Part shown: in pieces, positions 1-10,858 of the stretch
Layout: each line of letters starts with the position of its first letter
How positions within the stretch are numbered: the stretch's first letter is position 1
Assembly (NCBI RefSeq): GCF_000142905.1
Contig: NW_013657637.1
Coordinates: 124,001 to 188,000, forward strand
DNA length: 64,000 bases
Direction: 5' to 3'
DNA from: Thecamonas trahens ATCC 50062
Lineage: Eukaryota > Protista > Apusomonadida
Position numbers and translations under genes: made by a program
Notes under the pieces: generated by a model
The model's database searches: none
Told to the model about the DNA's origin: nothing
What the model saw: the letters and a program-made list of their open reading frames with translations, nothing else

Positions 1-510
1 GAGCCATGCGCCCTCGCCGTGCCACCACTTGAGCGTCTTGCCGTCGTTGAGATAGTAGCCGCCAGCCTTGCCCTCGGCGTAGTTTGACGAGTCGACATCG
101 ATGACCGAGGTGACCCAGCAGATGACCTTGATGTTCTTGGCGTGCAGCTCGTCGATGAGGCCCGAAGCGTTGGGATATCGCCCGGTGTCAAAGGCAAAGT
201 TGTTGATGCCCGACGACCACCGCGAGTCGAGGTCCACCGCCCCGACGGGGATGTCCCTCTCCAGAAAGCCGTCCACAAAGGCCCGAACCGCCGATCCGTT
301 TGCCTGCGACGACGAGAGCCAGACCCAATGATGGTGTGCCCACTCGGCGTATGGTGCCGTCGCCACCTCGTCGGCTGCCGCCACCACCGCCAGGCGCGAC
401 GGCGTGTCGGCACCACTCCTGCTGGTGCCGGATGCAGGTGCGACCAGGGCGAGGGTGAGGGCGAGGGCGAGGGCGAGGGAGAGGGCGAGGGTGGAGGAGG
501 GGATACCCAT
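1..510 (-). CDS. Secreted glycoside hydrolase family 31 (alpha-glucosidase/xylosidase-like), runs off the window start
   Basis: Not in the ORF track. Manual translation from ATG 510 gives MGIPSSTLALSLALALALTLALVAPASG (signal peptide), then PYAEWAHHHWVW...DIPVGAVDLDSRW...FAFDTGRYPNASGLIDELHAKNIKVICWV...KWWHGEGAWL, which matches the start of the GH31 barrel. Confidence 0.85.
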   Translation of the reverse strand, partial: MGIPSSTLALSLALALALTLALVAPASGTSRSGADTPSRLAVVAAADEVATAPYAEWAHHHWVWLSSSQANGSAVRAFVDGFLERDIPVGAVDLDSRWSSGINNFAFDTGRYPNASGLIDELHAKNIKVICWVTSVIDVDSSNYAEGKAGGYYLNDGKTLKWWHGEGAWL

Positions 511-780
511 GGTAGAAGAGAGAGGGTGCGGGGTGTGGGTGTGGTGGTGGAGAGAAGGGGGGGGGAGCGTAGTGGGAGTGGGGTGGGAGTGGGGGTGGGG
601 TGGGCGTGGCGCGCGTGCGCGTGCGCGCCAGTTGGAGACCTTTGGGATGCAATGGCTGCCGGCCGGGACGAAGGCGGATCGGTGCAGCTACAGTACAGGT
701 ACAGTGCAGGGACGGACAAGCGGACAAGCGGTGCGCGCCGTGCGTGTGATGGAGGTGAGAGAGTCAGACTGGGATTTGCT

Positions 781-1444
781 TTACTCGTCGTCGTCGACAA
801 CAGCGTACTTGGACTGCACGAGGGCGGTGGCGATGCGGTCCATGTGGCGGCGGCCCTCAGAGGTGAGGATGCGCATGTTGTTGGCGTCGCGGGTCACAAA
901 CTTGATGGTCTCGAGGTTGTTGAGGCACGAGCGGGCGACGGCGCCCGAGCCGGTGGCAACGTGGTTGGGGGCGGTGCCGTTCCGCTTCTTGCCGCCGTAG
1001 ATGCGCTTGAACATGCCCACGCCAGTGGCGCCGCGCAGGTACACCTGGCGGGCGATGGCGGCGGCACGCACAAAGTACCAGTCGTTGTCGGTCGGCGAGG
1101 CCTCCTTGAAGTGCGCCGTCTTGACGTACTCGGCCCAGTCGGGCACCTTCATGCCGCCGTTCTCCTTGAGGAACTGGGAGAGAGCCATGATGAACTTCTC
1201 CGCGTGCACGTCCTTAACGTTCGGCATACTGCACACATATACATCACATCGCCACACGGGTGAGTCTTCCCCGCCATGCCCGCACCCTTTGCCTGCCGCC
1301 GCCGGTGTAGCTGCCGCGCCCTGCCGATCATACACAAAACCAGAAAAATAGCACTCGCCGCCGCAGCGAGCCTACACCCCCCCACCATCCCCCCCCATCG
1401 CCACCACGCGCAGAGTACATGCTCCTGCCTATGGTGTACACCAT
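781..1444 (-). CDS. RPS19: 40S ribosomal protein S19 (eS19); probable exon 1 1419-1444, intron 1229-1418, exon 2 781-1228
   Basis: VKDV...VPDWAEYVKTAHFKEASP...DWYFVRAAAIARQVYLR...IYGGKKRNG...GRRHMDRIA is the eS19 signature. A GTACTC donor and TGCAG acceptor are phase-compatible. An alternative start is ATG 1227. Confidence 0.95.
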
Positions 1445-1800
1445 CTAGTGCGGGGGCCTTGCTCTGCCCACGCTACGTCGCTGTAGCCGGTGCTACGTCC
1501 GCTTCCGCCCTCGCGACGCATCCACTAAATCAGCGGCCACTCGGCGGGCCCCACGGCCAACCCAGCCATGGCACAGCTGGTATAGCAGAGCAAGACCCAA
1601 GGCCAAGTACGTGGCGTGTACCTGCTGCTCTGTGCTTCCTGGCCATGTGGCGTGCTCACTCCTTCCCTCCCTCCCGCTCCCCTCCCCAGCTCGTTCACGT
1701 ACGTGTGTATGTATGTGTGAAGTGGTGTGTCCAAGACTCGTCGAGCAAGCAATGCCTTCCATTCGTCCTTTGGCCAAATTTCGTCCGTTCGCTCCGACCA

Positions 1801-2060
1801 ACGCACCAACGATTGTGGCTGCGAGCCAACGATTATGGCTACGAGCCAACGATTATGGCTACGAGCCAACGATTGTGGCTACGAGCCAACGATTGTAGCT
1901 ACGAGCCAACGATTATGGCTACGAGCCAACGATTGTGGCTACGAGCCAACGATTGTGGCTACGAGCCAACGATTGTAGCTACGAGCCAACGATTATGGCT
2001 ACGAGCCAACGATTGTGGCTACGAGCCAACGATTGTGGCTACGAGCCAAAGATTGTAGCA
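1801..2060. repeat. Minisatellite: 13 copies of the 20-bp unit ACGAGCCAACGATTRTRGCT, with 80-bp higher-order structure
   Basis: Head-to-tail copies read directly, with no spacers. Confidence 0.97.
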
Positions 2061-2222
2061 ATCAACAATGGCCGCAACACAAGGCCGCCCGCTTACCTGC
2101 ACGGTAGAAGCGGGCAGAGCGGGCAGAGCTGGGCTTGTAAGTTTGGCGAGTAAGTACGGCAACAGAAAGACAGCATGAGAATGAGGTGGGGAGCGATCGA
2201 TCTCTCGGGTCAGATGATTTTT

Positions 2223-2931
2223 TTACCTCCGGCGCTGGCGCTTGGGATCGCGCTCGTCACCACCGCGGTCGCCGCCACGGTTGCCGCCACGGTCGCCGCC
2301 ACGGTCACGATTGCGGTCGCCGCCGTAGCGGTCGCCGCCACGGTCNNNNNNNNNNNNNNNNNNNNNNNNNNNNNNNNNNNNNNNNNNNNNNNNNNNNNNN
2401 NNNNNNNNNNNNNNNNNNNNNNNNNNNNNNNNNNNNNNNNNNNNNNNNNNNNNNNNNNNNNNNNNNNNNNNNNNNNNNNNNNNNNNNNNNNNNNNNNNNN
2501 NNNNNNNNNNNNNNNNNNNNNNNNNNNNNNNNNNNNNNNNNNNNNNNNNNNNNNNNNNNNNNNNNNNNNNNNNNNNNNNNNNNNNNNNNNNNNNNNNNNN
2601 NNNNNNNNNNNNNNNNNNNNNNNNNNNNNNNNNNNNNNNNNNNNNNNNNNNNNNNNNNNNNNNNNNNNNNNNNNNNNNNNNNNNNNNNNNNNNNNNNNNN
2701 NNNNNNNNNNNNNNNNNNNNNNNNNNNNNNNNNNNNNNNNNNNNNNNNNNNNNNNNNNNNNNNNNNNNNNNNNNNNNNNNNNNNNNNNNNNNNNNNNNNN
2801 NNNNNNNNNNNNNNNNNNNNNNNNNNNNNNNNNNNNNNNNNNNNNNNNNNNNGGAGGGGGAGGGGGAAAGGGTACGTACCCTCTCCAGAAGGTGTCTCGT
2901 AGATGGCCTCCAGCTCGTCCACTGTTGACAT
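2223..2931 (-). CDS. Small gene interrupted by an N-gap; probable RNA-binding protein with an RGG/RD-rich tail (possibly Y14/RBM8A-like)
   Basis: Exon 1 (2880-2931) MSTVDELEAIYETPSGEG is followed by a GTACGT donor. After the gap the frame reads DRGGDRYGGDRNRDRGG...KRQRRR*. The core lies in the gap, so family identity is a guess. Confidence 0.5.
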
Positions 2932-3224
2932 GGTGGTCGCGCAAGCCGAGTCGAGTGGCTGGAAGTGGGTGTGGGAGGGGTGTGGGTGTGGGAGGGGGGA
3001 AGGGGGGGCTGGTACTGGTACTGGTGCTGGCTGGCTGGCTGGCTAGCTGGCTGGCTGGTTGGCTGGTTGGGTGATGGACACTGGCTGCTCAGTCCCATCT
3101 TTGAAGATCGGCATCAATTGAAGGCTGTTATGCGTGGTCGAGTGCCTCGGTTGTGTGGTTGTGCCGAGTGGGTGCGATGTGCAGTAGCGCGAGGCTAAGA
3201 TGGCGTAGGGCGGATGGCGGCCGG

Positions 3225-4363
3225 CTATGCAACCGAAGAACGGGCAAGGGCTTCGGCGAGGGTGAGTCGGCCACGGAGGACAGCATGCCAGAGGAGCTTA
3301 TCGCTGCGGCGAGCATCAACGATGGGCAGGCGGGCGCGGGTAGCGATGATTTCTGCTACCGCATCGGCATACTCGCGCGGCGACTGGTCAGGGCTGGGAT
3401 GTGCTGGGGGAGGATGGTGACCGTGACCGAGTGATAGACGGCGGTGAGCAGAAAGAGAATGTGCCACCACATCTCAATCGACTCCCATGCCGGCGAAAAG
3501 GTAGCGTGCGGATACTCGATGATGACCGGAAGAACCGGCGCTAGCGGTACAAAAGCGCCGGTCCGGAAGCGGAGCAGTGCGGTGCCATTGGTTGTGGTGC
3601 CCTCGGGAAAGATCGCCAGCGGAACAGCGGTCTCGTCATCGCGCTCGCCAACGTCGGCGTCAGCCCCAGGCGAGCGGTAGCTGCCGACCCGCGCCGCGAT
3701 GGCAGCCGAGAGCGAGGTTGCGGGCGCTCCCGCGTCAAAGTCGACAAAGAGACATCTCAGCGATGTCGCGATGGGACCGATGATAGGCACATGCCGAGCG
3801 CAGGCGGCCGAGACAAACGCCGGCTGGAAGAGCATAAGCAAGAAGAGGACGTCGAGATACGACATGTGATTGGCCACAATGACCGGCGGCATCGCCGATG
3901 GTGGCGGGCGGGCGCCGACGATCGAGACGGCCACAAAGCCGATGACTGCAGCCACCGCACGGAGCAGAGCGTAGAGTACCATCCGCCGGATACGCCCACA
4001 TGCCCCGCGCCGCGGAAGCCACGCATGCGCGCCCCAGTAGACGACGGCGAGGCCCACAAAGAGCACGAGCCGGACAACCGCAACCGGGAGGAGTGCCACC
4101 GCCACTGCCTTGCGCCATCTCGACCGCGACGCCGCATCGCGCCGCACAAACGGACCAAGCACCGACCCTGCTGCGCCATCCCATTTGCCAGCGCATCTCG
4201 TTCCGATCGTCGCAGCCTCGACCTCGGACTCGGCCTGATCCTGTCTTGTTCTCGCACTCACCGCCTCCGCTGCTGCCGCCTTCGCCCCAGCCGCCGCCGC
4301 TGGCGCACCTGCTTCGCTACCTGCCGCTCCGTACCCCCCAGTCCAGCCTGCTGCGGGATCCAT
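3225..4363 (-). CDS. Lysophospholipid acyltransferase (LPCAT/LPEAT-like, PlsC domain), frameshift near 3392
   Basis: Motifs NHMSYLD, FPEGTTTNG and FRTGAF are present. The C-terminus PDQSPREYADAVAEIIA continues in another frame and is restored by one extra C in CCC 3391-3393. Confidence 0.9.
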
Positions 4364-4634
4364 GCGCAAGCTGTGTGGGCGAGAGGAACAGCCCGTGGTG
4401 TGCAGAGTGGGGTGCCTGTGGGTGGTCCCGCTCTCGGCGACGGGCAGAGCTTGAGTCCGAGCCCGCGCTCTCGAGCCTGGCGGCAGCTGGCGTCATCACC
4501 ACTTGGGTCGCTGAGGAGGGGGGGAGGGAGCGCTGGGGGGGGGGGGGGAGGACATCGGACAGGAAAACACACTTTGGACACTGTTCATTGTGTGCAGCAT
4601 GGAAGATGGCGAGCGGAGGAGCGAGGACAAAGGC

Positions 4635-6006
4635 TCACAGCTCCGGGTTGTTCCACACCGAGTCGGGCGCAAAGACGAGGTTGCCCGGGCCGGAGGGCAG
4701 GCCGTCGGTAAAGGGCCCAGTGAAAGACGATCCATCGGGGAAGAAGATGGTGCCTGTACCGTTGCGGCGGCCCTCGGCCCACTCGCCCTCGTAGCGGCCA
4801 CCCTGAGGGGTGGTAAAGACGCCGTAGCCATGGCGGCGATCGTTGAGCCACTCGCCGTCGTACTGGCAGCCGTTTGCGTAGGCGAGCGTGCCCTGGCCCG
4901 ACGCGTGGTCGTTTTCCCACTCGCCGGTAAAAGTGTCGCCGTTGACGTAGTACAGTACGCCAGCGCCGTGTTTGCGGCCGTCGAGCCAGTCGCCCTCGTA
5001 GCGGTCGCCCGGCTTGTAGATGAGCGTCCCCTTGCCGTTGGCCTTGTCGTGGGCCCAGAAGCCCTCGTACCGCTCGCCGTTGACGTAGGTGAGGACGCCC
5101 CAGCCATCCTTCTGGTCCTCGACAAACTCGCCATCATAGCGGTTGCCGTTGGCAAAGATGTACGTGCCCTTGCCATGCATCTTGCCCGAGACCCAGTTGC
5201 CCTCGTACACGCCGCCATCGGCGTACACGTACTTGCCCCATCCGTGCATCATGCCGTCGGCCCAGTCGCCCTCGTACGACTCTGCAGCGCCGCCCGGTCC
5301 GGGAGCGTAGACCACCCGACCCTTGCCGTGCCGCACGTCCTCGCGCCATTCGCCCACATACTCATGGCCCTCCTTGTACACGTACCGCCCGGTCCCGTCC
5401 ATCTTGCCAGCCACCCACTCACCCTCGTACGAGTCGCCGTCGGCGTACTCGAGCAAGCCGTAGCCCTGGATCTGACCGTTCACCCATTCACCAGTGTACT
5501 TGTTGCCCGTCGCGTACACACACGCCCCGGATCCGTGGATCTTGTCGTCGACCCACTCGCCCGAGTACTGCGACCCGTCGGCATACACATACGCCCCCTG
5601 TCCGTGCCGCTTGCCGAACACCCAGTCGCCCTCATACCGCTCGTTGTTCGGATACACCAGCGCACCCTGCACCCCATCCGCCCATCCGCCCGCCCACCAG
5701 CCCATCCGATCATCCGTCCGCCCGTCCGACCGCCGTCCGTCCACCAACCGTAGCCGTCCCGCCCACCCCAGTCCCGTCCAGTCCGCCCATCCCCCCAGCC
5801 CCGTCCCAGCCCATCCCCCCCCCCCCCCCCCAGCAGTCCACACCCCGCCGAGATGTCGCGCACCATGGCCACCCATGAGTCCCCCCCCCCTTCAGTCCTC
5901 CCCCACCCCTTCCCACCCCCCCCCCCTTCCCACCCCCCCTTCCCCCACCTACCTTTCCATGCATCTGTCCGTTCTCAATAGAGCCCGTGTACAACATCGA
6001 CGACAT
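4635..6006 (-). CDS. MORN1: All-MORN-repeat protein of the kinetoplastid/apicomplexan MORN1 type (~361 aa); exon 1 5953-6006, intron 5667-5952
   Basis: About 15 tandem YxGxWxxGxxHGxG repeats. The spliced N-terminus [18 protein letters not shown]|[22 protein letters not shown] and the C-terminus WNNPEL are colinear with TbMORN1 as I recall it. The GTAGGT...TGCAG intron is phase 0. Confidence 0.9.
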
Positions 6007-6318
6007 GCCTCACCGCCCAACTCCCTCCACACGTCGTCAAGCTCCTCCACAGCCCCCAGTGCAGTGGCCTGACGTCCGCTCCTTTGCCCCGCCACTCGCC
6101 ACCCGCCACCCGCCACCCGCCTCTCCCCCCCCTGACTGTAAATATTTTATGCTCGGCACCCCCCTCCCCCCACCCCGCCACCGTTTGTTCGTTTGTTTGC
6201 CACACTTCGCGGGAGAAGCGGAGCGGGCGAAACGAACGATTGCACCACTCGGCTTTCGACCGCCCCCCTTCCGTCGGTAAACCGTTGCCAGCTTCCGTGG
6301 AGCTCAGGAGGGAGGGGT

Positions 6319-7344
6319 ATGGCAGACACGGGAAAGACAGGACGGCGTCGGCGACGCACATCTCATGGCTCGTCGTCGTACTCGTCGTACTCGGACTCGT
6401 CGTCGTCGTCGGACGACGAGGGCGGCAGCGGCGCTGAAGCCGGGCCGCAGCCGCTTTCGGCCTTCCCGCAAAAAATGCGCCTCAAGCCCAACTCGCAGAA
6501 GGACCGCCGGCGGACTTCGATTTCGGCCGAGGCCATTGACCCAGAGGCTGCCAAGCAGCAGATTCCGGTGGGTACGCCCAAGACGGCCGACGAGATTGTC
6601 CGCATCTCGTGCGCCTGTCGCTCCAACTTTCTCTTCCGCCACCTCAAGCCCGAGCAGCTGGAGATCGCTTACGGTGCCATGGTCCGCCTCGACATCCCCG
6701 AGGGCCACGACATCATTGTGCAGGGCGACCAGGGCGAGTACTTTTACGTCGTCGACTCGGGCGAGTTTGCCGTCTTTGTCGACGGCGTCCAGGTCGTCGT
6801 CGTCGAGGCCGGCGGCTCGTTTGGCGAGCTCGCCCTCATGTACAATGCTCCGCGTGCCGCCACCGTCACCGCAAAGGTTGACTCGGTCGTCTACGCCCTC
6901 GACCGCGTCACCTTCAACATCACCATGATGAACGCCATCGTCTCCAAGCGTGACAAGCAGCCGCCGGCGAACATCTTTTCCGAGCTCGACTTTCTCTCGT
7001 CCAACGGCGTCAACCTCACCCAGCTTCGCGACGTCGCCTCGCACGAGTCGTTTGACGCCGCCTCGGTCATTGTCCGCTCTGGCGACATCAACGCCGACAA
7101 GTTCTACATCCTCATGTCCGGCTCCGTCTCCATCCTCAACTCTGACGGCGCGCCCGTTGTTCAGCTCTCGGCGCCCGACTACTTTGGCGAGCTCGAGCTC
7201 ATCGAGTTTACCTCGCGCAAGTTTTCCGTCATTGCCGAGACCGACGTCAACGTCGAAGTCATCGATCGCATCAACTTTATCCGCCTGCTCATGAAGTGCT
7301 GTGCCGACGAGTTTGCCGCTCACCGTGCCGTTTACCAGCAATGA
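6319..7344 (+). CDS. cAMP-dependent protein kinase regulatory subunit-like protein (two cNMP-binding domains, no D/D domain)
   Basis: Inhibitor site RRTSISAE. CNB-A cassette FGELALMYNAPRAATV is canonical; CNB-B cassette FGELELIEFTSRKFSV is divergent. Confidence 0.9.
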   Translation: MADTGKTGRRRRRTSHGSSSYSSYSDSSSSSDDEGGSGAEAGPQPLSAFPQKMRLKPNSQKDRRRTSISAEAIDPEAAKQQIPVGTPKTADEIVRISCACRSNFLFRHLKPEQLEIAYGAMVRLDIPEGHDIIVQGDQGEYFYVVDSGEFAVFVDGVQVVVVEAGGSFGELALMYNAPRAATVTAKVDSVVYALDRVTFNITMMNAIVSKRDKQPPANIFSELDFLSSNGVNLTQLRDVASHESFDAASVIVRSGDINADKFYILMSGSVSILNSDGAPVVQLSAPDYFGELELIEFTSRKFSVIAETDVNVEVIDRINFIRLLMKCCADEFAAHRAVYQQ

Positions 7345-7399
7345 ACGAGGCTGTTCTGCGCGCCGCGCCGCCGTGCCTCCGCTGCTTCTCCCCGCTCCC

Positions 7400-10300
7400 T
7401 CACTGCGCGTCTTCGTCAAAGAGCGCAAGCACATCGTCGAGCGCACGCCCGATGTTCTTGATAAACCGCGTCGACGACGAGAGCGGGCATGAAACCTTGG
7501 ACGAGACGTGAAAGTAAATGGTGTGCTCGCCAGCGAGCATGTACGACACGCCGTATGCCGCCGTGTCCGCCACAGGGCCGAACCCGCCTCCCGATGACAC
7601 ACGCTGCGCGTGCTCTGGGTTCGTCGACGGGTCCCAGTTGTCCGTCTGCCGCTGCGGCTGCTGCGAAGTCGAGAGTCGCCACTCGGACGAGATGGCCTGG
7701 GCGAGAAACTCCGACTCGATGCCGCGCCCGACAGACACAACGTAGAGCGCAAAGAGGTGCCGGTCGAGCCCGCGCCCGCTCATCGCGTCCTTGAACTTGA
7801 GAACGTGTCCATCAACCGCTGTCTGCAGCGCCGCACGCACTTCACTCGCCGGCACGCTCTCATCCTCCATCGCCTCGACAAACGCCTTGACCGCCGACGA
7901 GCACGTCCGCACTGTCTCGGTTCGCCCGTTGCGGAAGAGCCGGGTTGTCGACGCCTCGTACGTGAGACAGAGCTCGCCCTGGTCGCGGTAGTACGCCAGC
8001 TGCATCGCCATCTGCACAAACGCGTCCGGCGAGAGCCGGCAGCCCTTGATTCGGCCCTTGCCCCACGGGTGCTGGTACAGTTGCAGCTCCACGTCGGCAA
8101 TGAGTGCACTCGCCGCGAGCACTGCGTCTTCCACCGCAGCCTGCGCTGCTACAGGCAGATCCCACGGGAGGATGGTGCCTTGGTACGGCACACGCTTGGT
8201 GAAGCCATCGCGCGGAATGACAGACCCGTTCTCGTCAAAGACCTTCTGGTTAAAGTGCCGGGTCATGGCGTGCTCCACCATGCGCGCCGGACAGAGCGCG
8301 TCGGCCCACGAGTGCTCGCAGTTGACGCCCATGACGCCGTTGGCGTAGAGCACCATCGTGATCGACTTGTCGAACCAGCGGTCGTAGCCGCGGCCGGTCA
8401 GATTGAGCCGCCCCATGTCGGTGTCGTTGGCCGGCTTGGCTGGATCCATGGCCACAAAGAACAGCGCACGCTCGATGACCTCCAGCGACCGCCCGTTGAC
8501 GCCCGACGAAAAGTACTCTTCACGGACCTCGGCCCACCGGGTCCGGTTGCCGGCCGTCAGTGCCCCGATCTTGCCGGCCGTCCCCGGCTCGCCGTGCTCC
8601 TCAATGTATGCGTCGACAGCTTCCTGTAGGCAGGTGAATTGGTTCTCGATTTGGTACCCGTCGAGCAGATGGCCCTTGTAGAAGACCGGGAGCGCGGTAA
8701 AGACGCCGCGGTAGAGCACAACAATGTGCCGCGACTCGCCGGCCTCCAGGTGCACCAGCGTGTCGTGCTCCAGCCCTGGGACTCGAGTCGTCGCAAACAT
8801 CCGTCGCGACTGCTCCATGCACAGCGGAATGGTGTTGTTCACCATCTGGATCTCGAGCGTCTCGTGGTCAATCATCCGCATGTACTCGAGCATGCCCTCG
8901 ATAATGTCGCCCGCCCGCGCCGCAGGCGACGACGTCGGCCGATACATCGACGAGTCGTTGATGTAGTAGTTCGAGTTGATCATCAGCGGCGACCGCCCGC
9001 GCAAGTACACGTACTTCTCCCACCAGTCGGTCACATAGTTGGGCGCCCAGAGCGACTTGAGCCACAAGTACCGCTGCAGTGTGGGGCCCTCGTTGGCCAG
9101 GAACGCTTCCACGCGCTCGCGCTCCTCCGCCATCTCGCCCTCGTCCCGAAGCGGCTCGATCGATTCGAGGTACTTGCGCGTCGTCGCCTCCAGCGACGGC
9201 ACAGGCAGCCGTGGCAGCGAGCCCTGCAGGGAAAAGGTGAGCGCCTGCTTGGCAGACACAGTCAGCGCCTTGACCGCCATCGACCACGCCACCACTCGCC
9301 ACGGCTTCTGCCCGCGCGGCACGTACAGCCACCCAGTCCAGTTGAGCAGCATGCGCAGGACATACCGCTGCACCACCATCACCGCCAAACACGACGCCAG
9401 TCCTGCAGTCGTCGCCAGTCCAACAAGCTGCACCGTCAGCGGGAGGAGCTCAAAGCCCGGCATGGCGCACGCCGCGTACCAGATTATCGTCGCAGGCCGC
9501 CCAGATCGCCACCACGAGCTGCGGTCAGAGCCGAGCACCACCGCAATAAACAGCGCTACCACTGCTATCACAGACAGAATGCCCAGCGGAAAGAACGAGT
9601 ACAGCAGCGTGTTCCGCATCACATGGTACTTGCGCTTCAGCGATCGCGCCATCATCTTGGGCTTGGGAATGGTGATCTTGATCGTCAAGCCTGCTCAACA
9701 CCATTTCAGCGCCCGCCCATCAGCCCAATCCGCCATCGCCGTCCAATCCCACCATCCCCGCCGCATCGCCACCGTTCCGTCCCACCATCGCCGCATCACC
9801 GCCACCGTTCCGTGACGCATGAGTGTTCCACAATTTGCCGCCACCGCACGCACCACTCATTCCCCAGTGAGGCAACCCTCTTCCTTCCCACCATTCCCCC
9901 TCCCCTTCCCTTCCCTCCCCTCCCTCCCCCCCTCCCCCCTCTCCATCCCTCCCATCCCNNNNNNNNNNNNNNNNNNNNNNNNNNNNNNNNNNNNNNNNNN
10001 NNNNNNNNNNNNNNNNNNNNNNNNNNNNNNNNNNNNNNNNNNNNNNNNNNNNNNNNNNNNNNNNNNNNNNNNNNNNNNNNNNNNNNNNNNNNNNNNNNNN
10101 NNNNNNNNNNNNNNNNNNNNNNNNNNNNNNNNNNNNNNNNNNNNNNNNNNNNNNNNNNNNNNNNNNNNNNNNNNNNNNNNNNNNNNNNNNNNNNNNNNNN
10201 NNNNNNNNNNNNNNNNNNNNNNNNNNNNNNNNNNNNNNNNNNNNNNNNNNNNNNNNNNNNNNNNNNNNNNNNNNNNNNNNNNNNNNNNNNNNNNNNNNNN

Positions 10301-10500
10301 NNNNNNNNNNNNNNNNCCCCCCCCCCCGCTCCCGCTCGTCGTCACCACCTCCCGCACCTCGGCCAAGCCTCTCCATTCTCTCTTCCCACTTCCCATCTCA
10401 CCACAGACGTACCCTGATCACTGGTAAACAGTTCAACAGCGCCTGACCGCCGGGCGGCCAGGCCCATGTTGACCATGGCGATGGAGCGTGCCTCAGCCAT
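7400..10500 (-). CDS. CPT1: Carnitine O-palmitoyltransferase 1; exon 1 10413-10500, intron 9691-10412 (contains a gap)
   Basis: MAEA N-terminus, two TM helices, LPRLPVPSL, NYVTDWWE, RWFDKS, catalytic EHSWAD, GRTETVR, LSTSQ and GGGFGPV. The GTACGT donor and GAGCAG acceptor join in phase 1. Confidence 0.95.
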
Positions 10501-10858
10501 GGTGGAGGGGCAGCGCAGGTGAGAGAGATAGCCGCGCCTGAGTCTTCCGAGTGGAGTTCGGCCCTTTTTTGCTCTTTGGCTCCCGTCTGCCGTCAACTAC
10601 TACGTTGGGTGTTTGTTTGTTCCCCACTCGTTGCTTTTTTTTTCTTCTCCCTTCTGCCCTGCCCTGCTCAAACATGTCTGATGTAGAGCGGATTTGAGAG
10701 TGGCAGAGGGCAGCAAAGACAGGCACGACGGGCATGGTGGGGAGCGACGGACAACGTGCTTGCGTTGTGGTTCGTGCGCTTTCTTGGTCGTGCGTTCTTG
10801 GGAATCGGCTAAGGAGAGGAGAGCAAGGTGGCGACGGCAGACGGCCAACAGCGGGTTG

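Noticed and set aside
1801-2060. CRISPR-like array
   Set aside because: The units are contiguous with no unique spacers, there are no cas genes, and the context is eukaryotic.
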